From Anaeromyxobacteraceae bacterium (GTDB lineage: Bacteria > Myxococcota > Myxococcia > Myxococcales > Anaeromyxobacteraceae): a stretch of 64,000 bases of DNA. Positions within the stretch are counted from its first letter, which is position 1. The number at the start of each line of letters is the position of its first letter. The DNA lies in NCBI GenBank assembly GCA_047602405.1, contig JASGHJ010000002.1, forward strand, positions 3,616,001 to 3,680,000, given 5' to 3'. The notes under the pieces are model-generated. The model worked only from the letters and a program-made list of their open reading frames with translations. It was not told the origin of the DNA and ran no database searches. The translations under genes were made by a program, and so were the position numbers. Below, piece after piece: positions 59,032 through 64,000 of the stretch.

Positions 59032-59805
59032 GTGAACGGGATCTCCGGGCGGGTCGCGCTGGTCACGGGCGGAGGACGCGGGATCGGGCGGGCGATCGCT
59101 CTCGCGCTCGCGAGGGAGGGCGTGGACGTCGCCGTCACGGCGCGCACGGTGCCGGAGATCGAGGCGGTCGCGGCGGAGGTCGCGGCGCTCGGCCGGCGGA
59201 CGATGTTCCTGCCGCTCGACGTGACCGACCGCGCCGGCATCCTCGGGGCCGTGAAGGAGGTCGCCGGCCGGCTCGGCCCCGTGGACATCCTCGTCAACAA
59301 CGCCGGCATCCACGGCTCGAGCCCGGTGCACAAGCTCGAGGACGCGCAGTGGGACGGGATCCTCGCGGTGAACCTGACCGCGCCGATGGTCCTCGCGCGG
59401 GCCTGCCTGCCGTCGATGTTCGAGCGCGCCTGGGGCCGCATCGTCAACGTCGCCTCGGTGGCGGGGAAGATCGGCCTCAAGTACGGCAGCGCCTACTCGG
59501 CCTCCAAGCACGGCCTCATCGGCTTCACCCGTTCGCTCGCGCTCGAGGCCGCGAAGAAGGGCGTCACCGTGAACGCGCTCTGCCCGAGCTGGGTCGAGAC
59601 GAAGATGCTCGACGACGCCGTCGAGGCCATCGCCGCGGGCAGCGGGCGGCCGGAGGCCGACGTGAAGAAGGCCATCCTCGCGTCGAACCCGCAGGGGCGA
59701 GCGTCCTTGCCGGAGGAGGTCGCCGAGGCGGCCGTGTTCCTCGTGAAGAACGCGGCGATCACCGGGCAGACCGTGCACGTCGACGGTGGAGAGGTGATGT
59801 CGTAG
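59032..59805 (+). CDS. SDR family oxidoreductase
   Basis: TGGGRGIG, NNAG, YSASK; GGAGG RBS. Confidence 0.93.
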   Translation: MNGISGRVALVTGGGRGIGRAIALALAREGVDVAVTARTVPEIEAVAAEVAALGRRTMFLPLDVTDRAGILGAVKEVAGRLGPVDILVNNAGIHGSSPVHKLEDAQWDGILAVNLTAPMVLARACLPSMFERAWGRIVNVASVAGKIGLKYGSAYSASKHGLIGFTRSLALEAAKKGVTVNALCPSWVETKMLDDAVEAIAAGSGRPEADVKKAILASNPQGRASLPEEVAEAAVFLVKNAAITGQTVHVDGGEVMS

Positions 59806-59815
59806 GGCGGGGATG

Positions 59816-60017
59816 GGAGGCGGAGTCGGAGGCGGAGTCGGAGCCGGAGTCGGAGCCGGAGCCGGAGCCGGAGTCGGAGTCGGAGCCGGAGCCGGAGTCG
59901 GAGCCGGAGCCGGAGTCGGAGGCGGAGGCGGAGTCGGAGTCGGAGGCGGAGGCGGAGGCGGAGGCGGAGGCGGAGGCGGAGTCGGAGTCGGAGGCGGAAG
60001 CGGAGTCGGAGTCGGAG
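59816..60017. repeat. (GGAGKC/GGAGCC)n hexamer microsatellite
   Basis: About 33 tandem GGAGTC/GGAGCC/GGAGGC units immediately after the SDR stop. Confidence 0.93.
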
Positions 60018-60037
60018 GGCTGGGCCACACGCGATTT

Positions 60038-61040
60038 CTCGTGTCCTATCCCGTTCGTCCCGAGCGTAGGGCCGCGAAGCGGCCCGGAGACGAGGGACGG
60101 TCCGCGACCGGGGCCGCTCCAGCCCGCCGGGGCGTTCACCATCCGTAACTTGATTCGGCGGACGTTTCTCTTGGAGGACCCGGACCGGGCACGCTCGTGC
60201 CCTATCCCGTTCGTCCCGAGCGTAGGGCCGCGAAGCGGCCCGGAGACGAGGGACGGTCCGCGACCGGGGCCGCTCCAGCCCCGCCGGGGCGTTCACCATC
60301 CGTAACTTGATTCGGCGGACGTTTCTCTTGGAGGACCCGGACCGGGCACGCTCGTGCCCTATCCCGTTCGTCCCGAGCGCAGGGCCGCGAAGCGGCCCGG
60401 AGACGAGGGACGGTCCGCGACCGGGGCCGCTCCAGCCCCGCCGGGACATTCACCATGCGTAACTTGATTCGGCGGACGTTTCTCTTGGAGGCCCCGGACC
60501 GGGCACGCTCGTGCCCTATCCCGTTCGTCCCGAGCGTAGGGCCGCGAAGCGGCCCGGAGACGAGGGACGGTCCGCGACCGGAGCCGCTCCAGCCCCGCCG
60601 GGGCGTTCACCATCCGTAACTTGATTCGGCGGACGTTTCTCTTGGACGACCCGGACCGGGCACGCTCGTGTCCTATCCCGTTCGTCCCGAGCGTAGGGCC
60701 GCGAAGCGGCCCGGAGACGAGGGACGGTCCGCGACCGGAGCCGCTCCAGCCCCGCCGGGGCGTTCACCATCCGTAACTTGATTCGGCGGACGTTTCTCTT
60801 GGAGGACCCGGACCGGGCACGCTCGTGCCCTATCCCGTTCGTCCCGAGCGTAGGGCCGCGAAGCGGCCCGGAGACGAGGGACGGTCCGCGACCGGGGCCG
60901 CTCCAGCCCCGCCGGGGCGTTCACCATCCGTAACTTGATTCGGCGGACGTTTCTCTTGGAGGACCCGGACCGGGCACGCTCGTGTCCTATCCCGTTCGTC
61001 CCGAGCGTAGGGCCGCGAAGCGGCCCGGAGACGAGGGACG
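60038..61040. repeat. Tandem array of a 157-bp unit (6 full copies plus a 62-bp partial)
   Basis: Unit starts at 60038, 60194, 60351, 60508, 60665, 60822, 60979; near-identical with a few substitutions. Confidence 0.97.
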
Positions 61041-61060
61041 CTCAGGGTGAGCGGGGGCAG

Positions 61061-61158
61061 GGCTTCAGCTTCAGCTTCTGCTGCTGCTTCGGCTTCAGCT
61101 ACAGCAACTGCTTCAGCAGCTGCTGCACCTGCAGCCGCACCTGCTCCTGCTCCTGCTC
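61061..61158. repeat. Degenerate (GCTTCA/GCTGCT/GCTCCT)n hexamer tract
   Basis: Read directly; abuts the stop of the minus-strand gene. Confidence 0.75.
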
Positions 61159-62195
61159 TATCCCTTCGTCCACGCCCTCAGGTGATGCCTCGCGAGCGCC
61201 GTCCACGCCGGCGCGTGCAGCGCCTCCGCGGCCCACAGCATCCGCCCGAGCACGTCGTCGAGGTCCACCCCGCGGTGCCGCTGCCAGCCCGCGCGCAGCC
61301 CGAGGGCCCACGCGTCCGCGTGCCGGCCCTCGGCACGGGCGCGGTCACACTCGGCCAGCGCGAACTCCCGGCAGCCCTCCGGGCCCGAGAGCGCCGCCGC
61401 GAGGGACGGCGTGGGCACCGGCTCCCCCGGCTCCCGGCACCGCTCCCAGGCCTTCCCGAGCGCCTCGGTGGCCCGCTCGAGCGGCCGCGCGAAGAGCGGG
61501 AGCGCGAGGTCGAGCGTCGCCCCGAGCGCGAGCAGCGCGGCCGCGTAGTGCCGCGCGGCCTCCGCCGGCCTCCCGGCGGCCTCGGCGTGGAACCCGAGCA
61601 CCGCGCCGGGCCACGCGAGCTCCGGCCGGGCCGCGAGGGCCCGGCCCGCGGCCCACGCGGCGCCGTCCCAGTCCTGCACGAGCAGCGCCGAGTCCGGCTC
61701 GCCGGTCAGCCTGCGCAAGGACGCCCGCGAGGGCTCCGGCACGAGCCGGACGTCGCGGAGCCAGTCGGCGAAGGTGTCGCGCGTGACGCCGAGGTCGGCG
61801 GCGAGCGCGGCGGCGCCGGCCTGCCGCGCGAGCCGCGCGAGGCCGCTGTCGAGCGCGTCCTCGGCGCGGCGGCGCAGGTGGTCGGCCTCCGACGGGAACG
61901 CCTTCACCGCGTCGGACGGGTGCCACGCCGGGCCCGGGCCGGCGCGGATGACCTCGGCCGGCCGCCCCGAGGGGTGGAAGCGCAGCGCGAGCTCGCCACC
62001 GTCGGAGAGGCGCGCGAAGGGGAGCGCGTCGGGGAGGAGCTCGCCGCCGCGCACGACGCCGGCGCGCGGGTCGAGGAGCGACTCCGGCTCGATCGCCGTC
62101 GCGTCGCCGAGCGCACCCGGCGCCCAGAGCGCGCGCGGCAAGCGCACCGACAGCTCGCGCTCGACGAGGCCGAGGGACCGCTCGAGCGAGTCCAC
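61158..62195 (-). CDS. Hypothetical protein (possible SUKH-like N-terminus and helical repeats)
   Basis: Coupled to upstream SDR; LPDALPFARLSDGGELALRF; Ala-rich TPR-like C-terminus. Confidence 0.6.
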   Translation of the reverse strand: MDSLERSLGLVERELSVRLPRALWAPGALGDATAIEPESLLDPRAGVVRGGELLPDALPFARLSDGGELALRFHPSGRPAEVIRAGPGPAWHPSDAVKAFPSEADHLRRRAEDALDSGLARLARQAGAAALAADLGVTRDTFADWLRDVRLVPEPSRASLRRLTGEPDSALLVQDWDGAAWAAGRALAARPELAWPGAVLGFHAEAAGRPAEAARHYAAALLALGATLDLALPLFARPLERATEALGKAWERCREPGEPVPTPSLAAALSGPEGCREFALAECDRARAEGRHADAWALGLRAGWQRHRGVDLDDVLGRMLWAAEALHAPAWTALARHHLRAWTKG

Positions 62196-63023
<828 letters not shown>

Positions 63024-63219
63024 TCCATCCCCCGGTCTTCGCTCGCCGATCCCGAAACCGGCAGGATGCCGGGGGTCCCGTCCGGGAGCAACGACTAGAC
63101 GTGGTGCGTCGACCCTACCCGACGCGTGTGGGACGCCAACCACCCCCAGGGGCTGGGCGATCCCGATGCGATCTCTGAACGGCTGGCCAGCGATCGATAT
63201 CATCCGTCCTTTCCCGGGG

Positions 63220-63285
63220 TTGACTTCACCCGCCGGATCTCCGTAGATCGCGACCAGCCGGTGGGAGGAAGTGGCAAAGAGCGGC
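63220..63285 (+). promoter_or_regulatory. dcw-cluster promoter with MraZ-type repeats
   Basis: TTGACT at 63220 and TAGATC at 63244; GTGGG/GTGGC/GCGGC at 63261/63271/63281 (10-bp period). Confidence 0.65.
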
Positions 63286-63310
63286 TCCCGGCGGCAGGAT
63301 CGACCAGAAC

Positions 63311-63748
63311 GTGTTCTTCGGGACCTTCAACCACGCGATCGACGGCAAGGGGCGCACGAGCCTCCCGGCGAAGTTCCGCGAGGCGCTCGCCTCGGCGGGC
63401 GAGCCGCGGATCGTCCTGATGCAGTACCCGCACTGGAAGGCGGTCCAGGCGCTCCCGCAGTCGGTCTGGAACGAGCTCGTGAAGAAGGTGATGGAGGCCT
63501 CCCCGCTCGATCCCCGCTGGCAGCGCAACGTGCTCAAGTTCGTGTCCTCGGCCCATGAGGTGGACCTCGACGCGAGCGGGCGCGTGCTCGTGCCGCCGCC
63601 GCTGCGCGAGTACGCGGCGCTCGCGAAGGACGTGGTCTGGGTCGGGATGGGGCGGACCATCCACCTCTACGACCGCGCGGCGTACGACGCGCAGATGGCG
63701 GCCGAGATCCCGGCCGGCGACGTGGTGGACTTCTTCGGGAAGGTCTGA
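63311..63748 (+). CDS. mraZ: Division/cell wall cluster transcriptional repressor MraZ
   Basis: MFFGTFNHAIDGKGR..LPAKFR; DASGRVLVP..LREYA. Confidence 0.95.
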   Translation: MFFGTFNHAIDGKGRTSLPAKFREALASAGEPRIVLMQYPHWKAVQALPQSVWNELVKKVMEASPLDPRWQRNVLKFVSSAHEVDLDASGRVLVPPPLREYAALAKDVVWVGMGRTIHLYDRAAYDAQMAAEIPAGDVVDFFGKV

Positions 63749-63823
63749 CCTTCCCCGGGGTGGGGCCCCGACGAGCTTTGCTCGGCGGGGCGGGGGCGGC
63801 CAGCCCCCGGAAACGGAGGCCAT

Positions 63824-64000
63824 ATGTTCGAGGCGCGCGAGCGGGACGACGTGACGGTGATCGTGGGCCAGCAGGAGCTCACGAAGGAGGACCTCGCGGA
63901 GATCGCCCGGATCGCGCGCGCCGCGCGCCACGCCGGCCGCCGCGTGGTCGTCGACCTGAAGCGCGTGGACCACCTGCACTACGCCGGCGCCGCGCTCCTC
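63824..64000 (+). CDS. STAS (anti-sigma factor antagonist)-like protein, 3'-truncated
   Basis: GGAGG RBS; MFEARERDDVTVIVG...RRVVVDLKRVDHLHYAGAALL (not in the supplied ORF track). Confidence 0.75.
   Translation, partial: MFEARERDDVTVIVGQQELTKEDLAEIARIARAARHAGRRVVVDLKRVDHLHYAGAALL

Noticed and set aside
60202..60927. Four repeated 84-aa minus-strand ORFs
   Set aside because: They are a by-product of the 157-bp periodicity, overlap one another, and have no recognisable motif or RBS.
60038..61040. CRISPR array
   Set aside because: The sequences between the repeated cores are near-identical rather than unique spacers, the 157-bp period is too long, and there are no cas genes in the window.
63024..63220. 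RNase P RNA or other ncRNA upstream of mraZ
   Set aside because: No GAGGAAAGTCC or other recognisable conserved motif, and the interval is too short.

Overview
Very GC-rich bacterial chromosomal segment, most consistent with an Anaeromyxobacter-like Myxococcota genome (PEGA-type Ser/Thr kinase, FHA, PilZ-receiver proteins, mraZ followed by a STAS gene). It is mostly housekeeping, signalling and transport genes: an NtrC-type two-component pair, nadK, rarA, a DUF2339/DUF3999 membrane protein, an SPFH operon, a DUF4212/solute-symporter/DUF294/exonuclease cluster, amtB, cystathionine beta-synthase and gamma-lyase/synthase, epmA, bioH/bioC, a P-type ATPase and mraZ. No rRNA, tRNA, CRISPR array, integrase, transposase or reverse transcriptase was recognised. 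Four unexplained structures stand out. (1) A convergent pair of four-helix-bundle genes (28993-29728), each preceded by a homologous ~133-nt rod-like hairpin that shows compensatory base changes and covers the Shine-Dalgarno, with microsatellites on both sides. (2) A ~6.4-copy 157-bp tandem array (60038-61040) carrying a ~50-nt structured element that recurs, with covariation, at 2843-2892. (3) Six +1 frameshifts, four of which turn GATC into GAWTC, suggesting a sequencing artefact caused by a DNA modification at GATC. (4) A helically phased six-repeat operator upstream of two Cys-rich repeat proteins. All family assignments come from motif recognition by eye; no searches were run.
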